From Chiloscyllium plagiosum (Eukaryota), in assembly GCF_004010195.1 (NCBI RefSeq), contig NC_057729.1, forward strand, positions 29,349,142-29,413,141: a stretch of DNA of 64,000 nucleotides, written 5' to 3'. A program made the translations under genes and the position numbers. How positions within the stretch are numbered: position 1 is the stretch's first letter; every line of letters begins with the position of its first letter. The notes under the pieces are model-generated. The model did no database searches. It had not been told where the DNA came from and was given only the letters and a program-made list of their open reading frames with translations. This document shows positions 26,040-40,379 of this stretch, one piece after another.

Positions 26040-27800
26040 GTAGTCTCATGACATCAAGTCAAACATGGACAAGAAAACCTCCTGCTGATTACCACGTACC
26101 ATCACCCTAATGTATCAGTACTGGTCAGGTCAGATCAGGTCCTAAAGTACATAGTTGTTCGATTGGATCTGCTTGCAGCTGGTGAGGGAACCAACAAGAT
26201 GGAAAAACATACTTGACCTCACCTTCACCATCTGGCCTGCTGCAGGTGCATCTGTCCATAACAGAATTGCTAAGAGTGGCCACCGCAGTCCTTGTGCAGA
26301 CCAAGTTCCATCTTCACACTGAGAATACCATCCATTATGTTGTGTGACACGATCACCATCTTAAAGGGGACAGACTTGGAACAGACCAGCAAATCAAGAC
26401 TGGGCACCTATTAGGCACTGTGAGCCATCAGCTAGAATTTAACTGTACTTAAACACAATCTGCAACTTCATGGCCTGGCATATCCGCCACTTTACCATTA
26501 CCATCCTGGTTTAATTAAAAGTGCAGAATGGCATGCTAGGAGCAGCACCAGGCAGACTGGAAAATGAGGTGTCAATCTGGTGAAGCTACAAAACAAGACT
26601 ACTTGTCGGCCAAACACAAGTAGCAACTGAAAAAAAAGCTAAGCAATTCCTCCACCACCAACGGGATCAGATCTAAGCTCTGCAGTCCTCCCACATCTAG
26701 TCACAAATGGTGGTGGAAATTAAACAAGAGGACACTCTACAAATATCCTCATCCTCAATAATAAGAAAACCCAGCAAAAGACAAGGTTTAAGCATTCGTA
26801 AAAATTTTCAGCCAGAAGTCCTGAATGGATGATCCATCTTGGCCTCCTTTAGAGGTCTTCAGTATTAAGGTTGCCAGTCTTCAGTCAATACAATTCACTC
26901 CACAAGATGCATAGAAATGACTAGAAGTACTAGGTACTGTAACGGGTATGGACCCTGATAACATTTCTGTGATAATGCAGAACTTGTTGTTTCAATACAG
27001 CTACTTCACTGACCTCTATATGGCAATGTGGAAAATTGCCCAGGTATTTCCTGTTAAAAAAAAGCAAGACAAATTCAACCCACCAATTACTAACCCATCG
27101 GTTTACTCTTGTTCATCAGTAATGTGATGCAAGTGTCATCAACACTGCAAACAAGCAGCATTTGCTTACAATAACCTGGCCACTAATGCTCAGTTTGGGT
27201 TCTGCCAAGGCTACTCAGCTCCTAACCTCATTATAGCTTTGTTTCAAGAATGGATAAAATAGCTAAATTCCAGAGGTGAGGTGAGAGTGACTGCCCTTGA
27301 CATGAGGGCCACATTTGACCAAGTGTGACATCAAGAGGCTCTAGCAAACTAGAGTCAATGAGAATCAGGGAAAAATACTCTGGAGTCTTACTTGGCACAA
27401 AGAAACAAGCTTGTCATTGTTGGAGGTTAGTCATGTCAGCTCCAGGAGTACTGTCCTAGGCCCATCTTCATCTGCTTCATCAATGACTTCCTTCCATCAG
27501 AAGTAGAGATGTTTACCAATGATTGCATAACATTCAGCACCATTCAACATTCTTCAAACAATGGACCAGTCCACAGCCAAATGCAGCAGGATTCAGACAA
27601 TATCCAGATTTAGGCTGATAAGCGACATGTAGCATTACACCACATTAGGTACAAGGCAATGACCATCTCCAACAAGAGAGAATCTAACCACTTTTTGACA
27701 TTCAATAACATCACCATTACTGAATTACACACTAACAACATCCTGGGGGTTACCATTGATCAGAAACTGAACTGGACTAGCCATATAAATACTGTAGCTT
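26040..27800 (+). mobile_element. Degenerate CR1/L2-clade LINE ORF2 (endonuclease end plus RT)
   Basis: Remnants of ILDL.LT, WKIAQV.PV.KK.D..NP.NY.PI.LL, QFGF and LGVTIDQKLNW motifs. Confidence 0.82.
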
Positions 27801-27869
27801 CAAATGCTGAGCTTTTCTAGCAATTTCTATTTTTGTCTCTGATTTACAGCATCTGCAGTTCTTTCAGTT

Positions 27870-28135
27870 TTACCCAGCCTTTCCAGTCTATTTTTTATAC
27901 CTCAAACCCTCCACTCTCAGCAACATCCTGGTAATTTTGTTTTTCTGAACCCTCTCCAGTTTATTAATATCCTTCCTAAAACAGGGCAACAAGAACTGCA
28001 CAAAGTACTCCAGACCAGGCCTCACTAACGTCCTGTACAACCTCAACGTAATGTCCCAACTTCTACACTCTGAGCAATGAAGGCAAGCATGCTAAACACT
28101 TTCTTAACAACCCTGTCTACTGGTGACACAAAGAG
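27870..28135 (-). mobile_element. CR1 fragment
   Basis: Homologous to the 4900-5170 region. Confidence 0.8.
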
Positions 28136-31100
28136 GATATAGCTTGCAAAACTGGAATATGGCAGGACAGTACATGATGGAGCAAAGAGGTTATAAAATC
28201 CAGGAGATAAAGTTGGCAGGCAGGAGCATGGTGGAGAGGACCCGGACAGATGTAAGGTGCCAAGGTAATTTGGGTCCCGTTTCATTCATCAGGTTCTAAA
28301 TCCTTGCTATTCTCATAGTACCAGAACAGAGAATCTCTCTTAATGTACCAGATACTGGCCTCTCCACTGTTCCTAACCTTCTGTTCTCTTATCGGAGATT
28401 CTTCCTAGGAATTACCATTGGATGTCTTTGAACACCCATTTCTCAGTACCATAATTGTCTCAGATTACCTTCCACTGTCTCAAAATCACCCTCAGTGTTA
28501 AATCAACTGATCCCTCTCAGCTCAGGAGAAGTCTCTGTAGTGTTCCAGACCGGAATTCCCCTCAAAATGATGCTGTACTCTTTGTTGGACTTAAGTTGAT
28601 GCTGATTTTCACTCATACAGTTTATCACATCATCTGAACGCTTCATTTCATTTCTGGCCTGTAATATTCTCCTGCAGCTTTAAAGTTGATTTGTCCTAAC
28701 ATTTCAGAAGATTTTGTCCACAAGAAAAAAAAACACTTTCAACCAGCTGAATTTTGTCTTCCAGCTTTTTGTTAACCAGTTCCATTACTGTTCAGTATTT
28801 AAAATTTCTGCTCCTACTGAAAAGTAGTTTATCATTTAATGTGGAGTGTTAGGCCAGTCCTCTCAATGACCTCAATCATACAAGGCATAGAAATGTGTAG
28901 CGCCAGTATATTTATCGATTTATGAATACCTTGAGTTGTTTCCTTATGTCAATTCACTTTGTATCTGTTTCTCAGCAGTTACTTGCTTCACAGTCACGAA
29001 AATCTTACAATACATTGTTAGTTTCTCATTTGATTTCTTAAAAGGACTGCAGCTGCACTACAAACTCTGTAAGACGTGTCCAATTAAAAGGAAACCTAAA
29101 TGCTTTTTGAAACTGAGCCAATAATGTATTGATATTTCAGGAAAAGTGTATTTGTATATTAACATGGATCATTGTAATACAGAAATACATTACATGATAT
29201 GCTATTCAGCAATTTAGGAGCCGAATTGATGATAACTGAAACTGTTTTTACACTTTTTTTGAATCTTCCTTTTGGTGTGTACAATTACCTCAATACCCCC
29301 TGTATTACATTCAGTAATTTTCTGTCCAAACCCTCCCTCTAGTTTGTTTCATCCTCTTTTGTTTTAAAGAGTTTTCTTAAGGAACAACCCTTCAATCACC
29401 AGCCTTAATCTCTTTGTGTTCAGACTTTACCACAAATCATAATGCACTTTGTTGTTAGAACATAAAGCTTACTTATAACTCAATAAGAGTCTTGCCTATA
29501 AGATATATTTCCTGTAAATTAAGATTACAGATTGTCATATTTCTTGTGTTATTGGCATTATACAATAACTACAAATTAAGTAGTGTGGATTCAGTTCACT
29601 TAAATAAGTCTGATCTTTTCAACAGGTCAGCCTGCAACTTGCAATTTCCAGTACCAATGTATGCATTCCTTTCTACCATTAAATGGGGTTTTGTGGTGTA
29701 CTGTTAATGTCCTTACCTCTGTGTTCACATCCCACCTGCACCAGATGTGTGTTCTCACTTGTCCTCTCTTTGCATGTTTCTCCTTGATGGCAGTTGGGCA
29801 TGTGGTGTTGTCCTGGTTCTTGGCTCACTAGCATATCCAGTTCTTAAAGTAATAAGTGGAGTACAGATTTCAACCACAGTGAATTGGGAGGGGAGGTCCT
29901 TTTTAATTTATTGTCTTCACTATTGAGTATTTGTGCCCTTTTTCAGTTCACCAGAAGTTGGCTGGTAAATAATTCCTAAACTATTCTACTTAAAATAAAT
30001 AGTCGATACTTAAAACATGGCAGGATAGCTCATTTGAGTGGAACGTAGAGCCTATGGAATGTGGAAAGTCATAGATGCGCTTTAATCGAAAATGAACACA
30101 TTTTTAGGAAATATCACTGTCTGCATGCTTCTGAACTGTACATGACAACTGGTAATACAATTTCATTCTGGGCCTTGGTTCACTAGCATGTCCATCACTT
30201 AACACAACGCATCTTTTAAAATGACACAGATAAAAGTTAAAAACAGCAAAATATAATGCACCAAGAGAACTCATAAAAATTACATTTTCAACTTTATAGA
30301 TCAATGATTATCATAAAAATATTTTCAGCAGTACTGCTGGTTGAATAGCAAATGTATCAACAGGTTATTTATCATTACTTATTGAGGGTCAAAAGTCAGT
30401 CCATATGTATGATTCTAATTGTTGCAAACCTTTGTGTTCTGTTTGTTCGGCTGTTCGACATTGGAATATAAAACTTTGTTCTTCATATTTTCCTGGTCTA
30501 CTCATATATCCATAATTAAGAATTAATAAGCGGTATTTCTTACATTTCCCTATTGACAATAATGCCCATTTGTTAAGGACATTTGGCTGAGGAAAACTGA
30601 CCGAGACCTCTTCCACAATAGTGAATGAACATCTTATTCTCTCTCAAGTATTCAGATGCTTTGATGTTGCTCCAATTTAATAAATTAAGAATCTCTACAT
30701 GGCTTTCAAGAACTTGGCTCACTTTGGTTCTTACAACTCAATTGTTGCATAATCATTAATATTATGATTGATAACTTCTCTTTCCGTGCTTGTTTTTAAT
30801 TTTTCATTGCTTTTATTGACTGAAAATATTATTTGTGTTTTTAAGCCAGTTTCCAGTGATTAAGTAGTCCAGTTTGAATGTAGAAATATCTTCAAACCTA
30901 TTCAATTTTAGATATTCTTCAGAAGAAATATTTCCTTACCATTAGTGTTGTGAGATTATGTGAAATATATCACCAGAGATAGTGGTTGAAGCAGAAACCA
31001 GATCAAAATTTTAAAATAGGTTAGAAAGGTTATCCAGAACTGGGGACAGGGCAAGTGGAACTAGTTAAAACTATGGGATTAAAACTGATTAGATAAGAGG

Positions 31101-34100
31101 ATAAACATGAAAAGTAGACCAGTTGCAATAACCAACCTGTTCTTGTGTTGAAAATCATCGGATTTATTAAATTGGATTCCTTATTTACATTGGAGTAAGG
31201 AATGTTATTTCTTTATACTCAGATTGGTATTGTATAGCAATAAAGCTATACATTCTATTTATGTTACAATGTAAAAAGGTATAATTATTTCTTTGGAATT
31301 GTGATGTGTCAGAATTATTCAAATAAAACTCTTGAAAAACTTCCTACAAAAATAATTCCCATTAAAAGATCATTTTCAAGCAAATTTGTAAACATTATAG
31401 AATGTTTCATCAAAAAAGTAACTGATTTTGCTAAATTGTACATGCTTGGAGCAGAAAGCAAGACCTACTGAAAAGATATCTAGCTGCATACAAACTGTTA
31501 CTGCTACCATTGGCATTAAGATAAATGGTTATACTTCACTGGTGTATATCATGAGATGATATTTGTATGACATTTTATAACTTCACTCCATGGAGAGGTA
31601 CATATTGTTTGAAAGTCATGATATCAAATAAATTGAGATGCAATAAAGCAAAACAAAGCACTTACTGTGAACAAAAACACTTGCTTTCAGTAAAATGTTG
31701 CTTTTTAAATTCAGGTTAATCATTCTCATTTTGATTGCTTTTTTCTACCAATTCCACTAACAAGCAACAATCTTTCTTTTAACAGTAAGGCATCCCAAAT
31801 AAAGCAATTCAAAATGGAAAACTAGGGCTTTCCTTGAGTGTTTATATGTTAGAAAGTTGTTTTTTTAAAAAACATGTCCAGCGCTGTTTTATCACGTAAG
31901 TATGCTCTATGGTGCAACAGTGATTCAAATGGAAGACAACTTATGCTGATCTACACTCAAGTATCATAATCATAATCAGTATTGCTGTCTTAGAACATGG
32001 AAAATTATCAGATGCCCCCGCTAGAAAGTATGTGCACACACCTTCCAGAAATGGATATGACATCTGGCTCAACTGCAATATTCTCTGCTCCACCTCCATT
32101 CTAACTACCTTCAATACTCACTATCTAACTTCACACAAAAAGGCTCTGGTCGGCAAAAGAATTTGAGGTTACTGAAATCAATTCCTGACATAAATTACAC
32201 TCAGGAGAGGAGAAATAATTTGGAGGTTTATAAATATGTGGAGCACTGCAAAGCAGTGGTTTACAATTTTCTGCACCAATACATAGCCTCACATTATGTA
32301 AGTACAGGTCACTGATAAGAGCAGCAGACTGACTGGTAACCTGTATAGCTATATTGAATCTTTGAGGTTTTTTATGATATATAGTAACTTTTGGAAGATT
32401 AAAAAAAACTTACAATAAATCAGTAAGTGTTTTCAATCTAGGCATGTGAACATTTGCAAAGGATATTATCTGCCACAGTACTTACTTGTAATATAGTCAC
32501 TAAACATTCTTATTATTTTATTACTGGAAAACTTCCCTAAAGTGCTCATCACGATGACTGTTTTACAGCAGCAGCAAGGGAAAGGGCAACAGATCTGTTC
32601 CTCACATTTAATGCTTCCTCAGGCACCATTGTACAGATCTCACATCTCAGCTTTTACTACATTAATGGGAATTTGACTTATTACATTTCCAGACGTATAG
32701 CTAAAAATGGTTAGTAAGTTATTTAAGGAAATGCTCCATTTCAGAATCTACAAAAACACCTGCATTTCAAACATTTTCTGTACAGATTGCTAACAACAAA
32801 GCTTATACATTATACAATAAACTCCCTAACCATAGGACTATTGCTCCTAGCTAAAGCATGTTCCTACATGTGGATCTTAATTATATATAAACAAACCCAT
32901 GCTAAAAGTCAAACTTATAAAGAATTTGACTTATTTTTCACTCTGTAAATATTCACTTGATGCAAAACAGAATAATTGTCCAAAGTGGCTTTGATTTTTC
33001 TAGTTATCATTTGAATGAAGAACATAATTGAAAAACTCAGTGTTGAAGGTAGCCATTTTCTCCATTAAGTAAGCCATAGAATTTTCCTTCATGTTGAGGG
33101 TAAAATGCTTTAGTATAGAATGGGCATCCCTGATGCCATTATCATCCTGCTGAGCAAGTTAAATCAAAATTACCATTGTTCATTATCACATTGGAGCATA
33201 TCTTTTTTATAAGCAGGCAACTAAGTAAGGCTACTGTTACCTAAATCTGTTGCAACACAATTGTTTCTAGATCAGAGCATCTAGTTTATAGTTTTACACA
33301 GTACAATGACTACACAAAAATATTTGAGGGTAAGAGACTTTAGGACTTCATAAAATTGGGAATGCTGCTATATATTCCCAAATCTTCCCTCATCCATCCC
33401 ACCACCCTAATCCACAGAATTTGGTTTGACTGTGAATCCTTCCTCCTAACTCAGTGACAGCTCTGTACATCTATGCATACAAACCTACACAGATACTCAG
33501 TCTCAGCCAGTATAGTGACCAAAAACATTTCAATGTTTGTAAAGTGTTTAGTGTACATCTTGAGAATGCTGTAAAACCTGAATTGATAATGTACTTGAGA
33601 AATGTAGGGATGATTTTATGAGGCTCCACTCTAACACACAACCTCACTGAACTCCCAAGTCTAGTACCCTTGACACCTGCAATCAATCTCCCTGCATTAT
33701 AAACTGAAGTGAACATGAGGATGCTGCTCCAATCTCAATATTACATCATTTAGAAGCTGTAAAAGGAAAATGCCATGAGTCAAAAGGAACAGCCTTATAA
33801 GTATAAGGCAGGGTGTAATTAATCCTTAAGCAGTTTCAATTTTAACAACGGAAATATAGAATAATAACTTTCCAGGGAGATTACAGATTTAAAACTACAC
33901 GTGTGAAAATTCTAACGCCATAAAGCTCAACATCAAATCATTATTTCGCTCATTTAAACATGCAAATACAGTACCAACATCCTATCGACACCTTAGAAAC
34001 AAAGTACTTTCACTGTTCTTGTGTCATTTTTCTTATCATAAAGACATTGGAAAGTACACAAAAAAATCAGATTACGTGCGAAATAATTATTTCAATTCAA

Positions 34101-34422
34101 AGTTTCAATTCTTTTTCCTTATTTGATTGTTTTGCAATGTTGTCTTCAAAAAAGCTACTTGCTGCATATATAAGATAGTTGCACCCCATTACAAACATAT
34201 AATTTATTCCCTTAACAAATCAACTACTATTAATCTGGGGGTAATTTCCGGTACAAAAACAATTCTACCTGTTGGAGCACTGATGATTCCTGGTGTCTGT
34301 GTGATCTGATGCTACATATAAACACGGCTTCCACTGCAGAGGGAGTATTTGCAGCTGACAGATTCACACAACTCCTTCCATAGCTCGTTTATTCAATGAT
34401 ATATGCCTCACACGGTACTTAC

Positions 34423-34900
34423 TGAAGTGAGGTTTGAATCCAGAATGATCATTCCATTTATGATCTGAAGTTTTCCTCACACTACGATGCATAGGGGTGT
34501 GACATGCACTCGGTAACATTTGGTGTAGATCTGCCCCCTCGGTGACGAATCAGCGGATTATTAACCCTTTCAACACTGAAGAACCTATTTGTCCCGAAAG
34601 AAATCGTTTCCGAACGTGTTTAGAAAACTGAAGCAAAATTCTAATGGGACACATTAGTGAAGTGTAACAAACCATCTGCTAAGGATGCAAATAACAGTAA
34701 TTATGGATATTTGTGTCATTCCTGATCGTTTCTGAAGTTTCCAATGTTTACACTCTCCCAGAAGGATCACAGTTTTCAACAGACTTTACCCGGTTACCTG
34801 GCAACCACATGGCCCGCTGCAGAAATATCCTAATTTCTTCACTAATTCGCATATTATTCTCGGAGACCAGTCCCGCCCAGGGAAAACTCAATTCAATTGT
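34423..34900 (-). promoter_or_regulatory. Candidate COL20A1 promoter / non-coding exon 1
   Basis: Consensus donor CTTCA|GTAAGT at 34423/34422, locally elevated CpG (34500-34880) and a GC-box-like TGGGCGGGAC at ~34870-34879. Sits at the end of a repeat-poor block, upstream of an exon that has an acceptor before its ATG. Confidence 0.4.
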
Positions 34901-35107
34901 GAACTAAACAGCTCACCTAAACAATCCAAATGACTATTTTCCTAAACATATATTCTTAGCTATTTGGTAAATGAATGCATTGCGAAAGACAACCCGAGAA
35001 AACTCTGAAAACATTTTTTTAAACTTACAAACTGGGCAGTTAAAATGGCAGCTAAACTTACAGATGGATGAATTAGTAACTTTAGAAAGAAACATTTTTC
35101 TCATTTT

Positions 35108-35440
35108 TCCACGGGATGTGGATGTATTTATCGCTCAACCTTAATTGCCCAGAGGGCACTTAAGAGTCAACCACATTGTCGTGGGTCTGGAGTCACATAG
35201 GCCAGACCAGATAAGGATGGCAGTTTTCTTCCCTAACCGTCATTAGTGATCCAGAGGCTATTTTTCTCCTCCCTAACAATTGGTAATGGACTCATGGTTA
35301 TCATTAGACTCTTAATTCCAGATTTAAATTGAGAGAAAATTCCACCGTCTGCCATGGCAGTGTTTGAACCTGGGTCCCCTGAACATTATTTGGGTCTCTA
35401 GATCAACAGTCCAGCAATGATACCAATAGGTCATCCTCTC
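35108..35440 (-). mobile_element. tRNA-derived SINE (DeuSINE/SacSINE-like)
   Basis: Reverse complement has a GGTTCAAAC B-box, ...ccttatctggtctggcctatgtgactccagacccac... and a LINE-like tail. Homologous to 61400-61738. Confidence 0.75.
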
Positions 35441-35489
35441 AACCTTCAAGGAAGCAACTAACTGATAGAAGGGCAAAAGCATCTGGGGA

Positions 35490-36340
35490 GATGGATGAAT
35501 AAACCAATAAAAGCAAGTTAGAAAAGTCATTAGGATGGATTAAGAAGCTTAATCTGTGTTCCTTAGAGTTTTGAAGAATGTGGGATACTACATTTAAATT
35601 TACATAATTCTTACAGGGCATGACAGGGTGGATATAAATGGGATATTTCTCCTGGCTGGTGAGTCTAAAACCGGGAGACATATTTTATTCTCAGGATGGA
35701 AGCCAGCTATTATAAGTCTGTAACAAAGAAGAATTCCTTTACTCAGGGTGGTGAACTTTTGGAATTTCATAGGGCAGTGAAAGCACAATCATTGAACCCA
35801 TTCTGACAGAAATCAATAGATTTCTGGAGATTGATGGTATCAAGGGATGTGGAGATAGTCCGTGAATGAAGCATATACAAGATGGGGAAAGAATGAAACA
35901 AAACAGAGCGAGAAGGTTACAAATATCAAGGAAAGATGGAGCTATGTTTTCACATAAGAAAACAAAACATGAGTGAATGGTTGGATATTTTAAAATTAGG
36001 AATATGTTGAACATGGTAGATATAGAGAGAACATTTCCACATGATGGACCATTCACAACTCAGGGCCATTAAGACCAAATAATTACTAATAAATCCAATA
36101 AGGAAATAAAGACAAATGTATTTACTAAGAATGGTTAGATTGAGGAACTCATTACTGCTGGATATGTGTAAGACAACAGCTTAGATCTTTTCAAACAGAA
36201 ACAAGATGAGTACATGATAGAAAAGGAAATCGAAAGACACGGTCTAAGGATGAGATTTGCTGGATGGAATGAGGAAACACGTTGAATATTAACATCAGCA
36301 TCAACAAATTGGTCTGATTTTGTGTCATACATTTTATATA
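35490..36340 (+). mobile_element. Old CR1 3' fragments
   Basis: ctttactcagggtggtgaacttttggaatt and related CR1 3' motifs. Confidence 0.65.
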
Positions 36341-38459
36341 ATGTTATGTAAGTGCTCAGCAAACTCAAGTGTAAAGTAGTGTATAAATTTGAAACAAACC
36401 ATAAATATTGAATAAATCTCCCATTGCGAGCACAATTAAATCCTATTAAGTCACAATCAAAGAACATCGCACTGTACAATATTAAATAGATTAAGTTGCT
36501 ATCACTCCATCAGAGGAGTGAACTGGCTAGGATTGCAGGCAGGTTTTGGGTTGTGGATGCTGGGAAGAGTTTGGCTAGTGTAATAGGCTACTGTTGATGT
36601 GTCAATGAGTAATAGAACAGCAAATGAAACAATGTTGGGGAGGGGGATTCTTTTTGTGTTTCACATTTTGTCTCCTCCTCTCTCGGGGCAGAAATTGGCT
36701 TAAAGGATCCTTAAATCCTACTTGCCATCCGCATGGAGGTCACCTACTAGCAGAACACCAGGGAGACAATGCTGTAGGAAGACTTTGAGGCCCCCTCCCT
36801 GTTTATCTGTCTTCTGCTGCAGGCAGCAACACTTCCACAATGGTCACCCAGCTGTTGATTCTATTTTTGAATTTAAAAATGTAAGAATTTGGAGAAAAGC
36901 TGCCTTCTCTTTCTCTTTCTCTTAGCTGATATGCAGATTTTATTTTCTTCCGAGCTGGAGGGCCATCTGTTGTTTCTCCAGTTTCCAGAGTCTGTCCACC
37001 ATTCTGAACTCAATGACAAGCTCAGCCTTTGCAAATTTAGGAAATATCAGTGCTGGGTGACAGTTTCCCATGCAGTGCAGATTTATAACACCCATTTGAC
37101 TCAAGGTTCTTACCCAAAGGGCAAAATCCACATTTTTTGACTTCACATTACTGCTTTTTGTAAATTGTGATACCTGAGATTTCTTAGCTTAAAGGTACAA
37201 TCCTGGATGTGCACTTTTGGTGACCCTACATCAAAGAGAAAGAGAGATATATTAAGAAACTATTCAGTGAAGAACAATCAGGATGAGTCCAGGTCTTACA
37301 AGATTAATTTCCAAAGAGATTCAAATGGCCTGAATTTATTTTTGCCAGAGGAAAGATGAATGAGAGGAGACATAATATATCTTCAAAACAATGAAATGAA
37401 TAGATAAGATTCAAGTATAAACATTGAGCATAGCATTAGAGGGCAGATGTACATTAATACAAGTTTCACATCCTTGAAGCAAGTTTAATGTTAGAAATAA
37501 AATCATGTTCCCAATGGGATAATGAAACTATAGAATAATGTTCTGGCTTCAAGTGAATTCATTCTATGCAACTGATACCTTTAAAATGCTCTAATATCCT
37601 AGAAGAAGAAGAAGACATTAGGTGTTACAGGGCAAATAATAGCACTTCTAGATTTATTTTTCAGATGGGGAAAGGAACAATATTCCTAAAGCAACAGTGG
37701 CAGAATTTGCAGAAATTTAATATTTACCCATGGAATTTGTATAAACTGAATACACCAAATAGTTTTCTATGCTCCAAAATACCTTATATTTTGCATATAT
37801 AGTTTCTAAAATAATTAGTGGGATAATAGGATCAATTTTCAGGGAATGTCTGAATGAAATAGTGAAAAATAATCTGGCAGAGTAGATTTAAGGAAACTAT
37901 CCAGGATTGAGTTGCTTCTGGGACCGATGCTGGGATGTAAGCATTTCCTAGCTTGTAGAGATGGGCCTGTTTAGGGTTTGAAGCAGGAGAGAGGCAGATA
38001 AGAGCTCTGCGTCAGTGCTATATAATGTAGCAGCATGTTTGGATTATTGCTATATTATTATATATTTAAAGCCCAGGAGTGGGAGTTGGTGTCAGTCAGG
38101 TCTCTGGGTGTTAGAGGTGATAGTTTTACACTTAGGACCAGTTGTTGAGGGAATGTTAGATCCAGGGAGTTGGAGTCTGAGTTTGGGAAGGGTGATTTCC
38201 AGTGTACTTGAGTGCTGGGGGTGGAGAGCTGAGGGTTGGATTGGGAGTAGACGCAGTCAGAAATGAAAGTGGTAGTCAACTGCCTGTTGAGAGATCAGGG
38301 AGGCGGGGTGTGAGGTCTGAGTGGTGGTCAGTGGCATTTTGTGACGTACAAGCAGAGTTCTTTCTAATTTTCTCTGAGGCTCCTGCACAGCAGCGGCTTA
38401 CATACCGCAGACCTTAAAGGGAACATTGCTCACAAGATCTAGGCCACATAGTCACTCAA

Positions 38460-38645
38460 AAAGTGTGGCAACGGAAAAGCACAGCCGATTAGGCAGCATC
38501 CGAGGAGCAGGAGAGTCGACGTTCCAAGCATAAGTTCTTCATCAGGAGTCTCCTGCTCCTTGGATGCTGTCTGACCGACTGTGCTTTTCTACAGCCACAC
38601 TTTTTGACTCTGATCTCCAGCATCTGCAATCCTCACTTTCTCCAT
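38460..38645 (+). mobile_element. Fold-back mini-PLE
   Basis: Inverted arms. 12-bp TSD ATAGTCACTCAA at 38448-38459 and 38646-38657. Decayed hammerhead core on the minus strand (~38520-38545). Confidence 0.82.
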
Positions 38646-38772
38646 ATAGTCACTCAAGTCTATTCTGCCATTAAATGAGACCATGGCTGACCTGTAACCT
38701 AACTCTACCTTTAATGACATCCTTAAATACCTCTTCATACCTGAAATATATCAATTTCAAATATAAAATTGA

Positions 38773-39044
38773 CAGGTGGCATAGTGGCTCAGTGGTTAGC
38801 ACTGCTGCCTCACAGCACCAGGGACCTAGGTTCAATTCCAGCCTCAGGCGACTGTCTGTGTGGAGTTTGCACATTCTCCCTGTGTCCGCATGGGTTTCCT
38901 CCCCCAATCCAAAGGTGTGCAGGTTAGGTGAATTGGCCATGCTCAATTGCCCATTAGTTAGAGGGAAATGGGTCTCGTTGGGTTACTCTTTGGAGGGTCG
39001 GTGGGACCTAAGGACCTGTTTCCACACCGCAGGGAATCTAATCT
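38773..39044 (+). mobile_element. HE1/V-SINE inserted into a minus-strand CR1 remnant
   Basis: SINE head, central block and (AATCT)n tail; AATTGA occurs on both sides. Confidence 0.88.
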
Positions 39045-39593
39045 AATTGATCGAGCATCAATTGCCTTCTTTAAAAGAGAATTTCAACTTCTGTCACCTT
39101 TAGTCTATAGATATATGTTTCTTAATTTTACTCTGAAAAGGTCTAGCTCTTTTTAGTGTATGCTTACTAGCTGCAGTCTTTAGATGTAGCTCATTTGTTT
39201 ACTAAAAAGGCAACAACAGTGACGGACAAATACAGTCAAAATGTTATTTAGCTATTCACATTTATTTCAGATTCTGCAATTTTGTTCACAGCTCCATCCC
39301 TTGGACTTGTGCAGTAATAGCAGTCTTTACCAACAATATTCCAATTCTATTGTAGGACTCTCACGGATATATTTTCTATGAACATTTGAGAGGTTCAACC
39401 AATGCTAAGAAATTCAACCACTTTCTCTTCAGCTGTCCTCAAAAGTTTCTGAAGATCAGATAATAGGAAAAGATATAGACATGAAATGGTTAACATCCCC
39501 AGGAAGTGGGAGTGGAATGAGACATCAAAACATTGACACCGACACCAGAGAGAAACTGAACATACAAACGTGGCAAATGTTTAGTGGAAAGCC

Positions 39594-40128
39594 AGAGTCA
39601 TAGAGATATACAGCACAGAAACAGTCCCTTCAGTCCAACTTGTCCATGCCGACCGGATATCCCAAATTAATATAGCCCCATTTGCCAGCACCTGGCCTCT
39701 ATTCCTCTGTACCCTTCCAATTCATATACCCATCCAGATGCCTTTTGAATGCTGTAATTGTACCAGCCTCCACCACTCCCTCTGGCAGCTCATTCGTTGC
39801 ACACACCCCCCTCTGAATGAAAAAGGTGCCCCTGAGGTCCCTTTTAAATTTGCACCCCCACCCCCACCCCACAGCACCCCCCTCTAACTCTGGACACCCC
39901 ATCCCAAGGAAAAGGCCTTATGTATTTACCGTATCCATGCTTCATGATTTTATAAGATCACCCCTCAGCCTCTGGCGCACGAGGGGAAACAGCCCCAGTC
40001 TGTTTGGCCTCTCGCTATCACTCAAACCCCTGGCAACGTCATTGTAAATCTTTTCTGAACCCTTTCAAGCTTCACAACATCCGTCTGATAGGAGGGAGGC
40101 CAGAATTGTACACAATATTCCAAAAATT
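39594..40128 (-). mobile_element. CR1 LINE 3' end
   Basis: KRDLRGTFF...NELPEGVVEAGTITAFKRHLDGYM plus 3' UTR. Confidence 0.9.
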
Positions 40129-40379
40129 GCAATGGTTCTGTTGGGTAATGGCAATTTAATTCCAAAATGTTAATTCCTTCATGAGAAGGGAATAATTGGC
40201 AATGTAGCTGTGAGAGGTCCCTTGTGGAAGAGTGAAGAACTGAGTGAGAGAACTTTCCATTATGATGGAGAGCAACAGAGTTGATACTGAGTCTGGGGAC
40301 TTAAATCTAAAGCAAGGAAATTATAATGGCAGAAGCACGAACAGGCTGCAACAAATGAGGGAACATTATTGAAAGAAAT

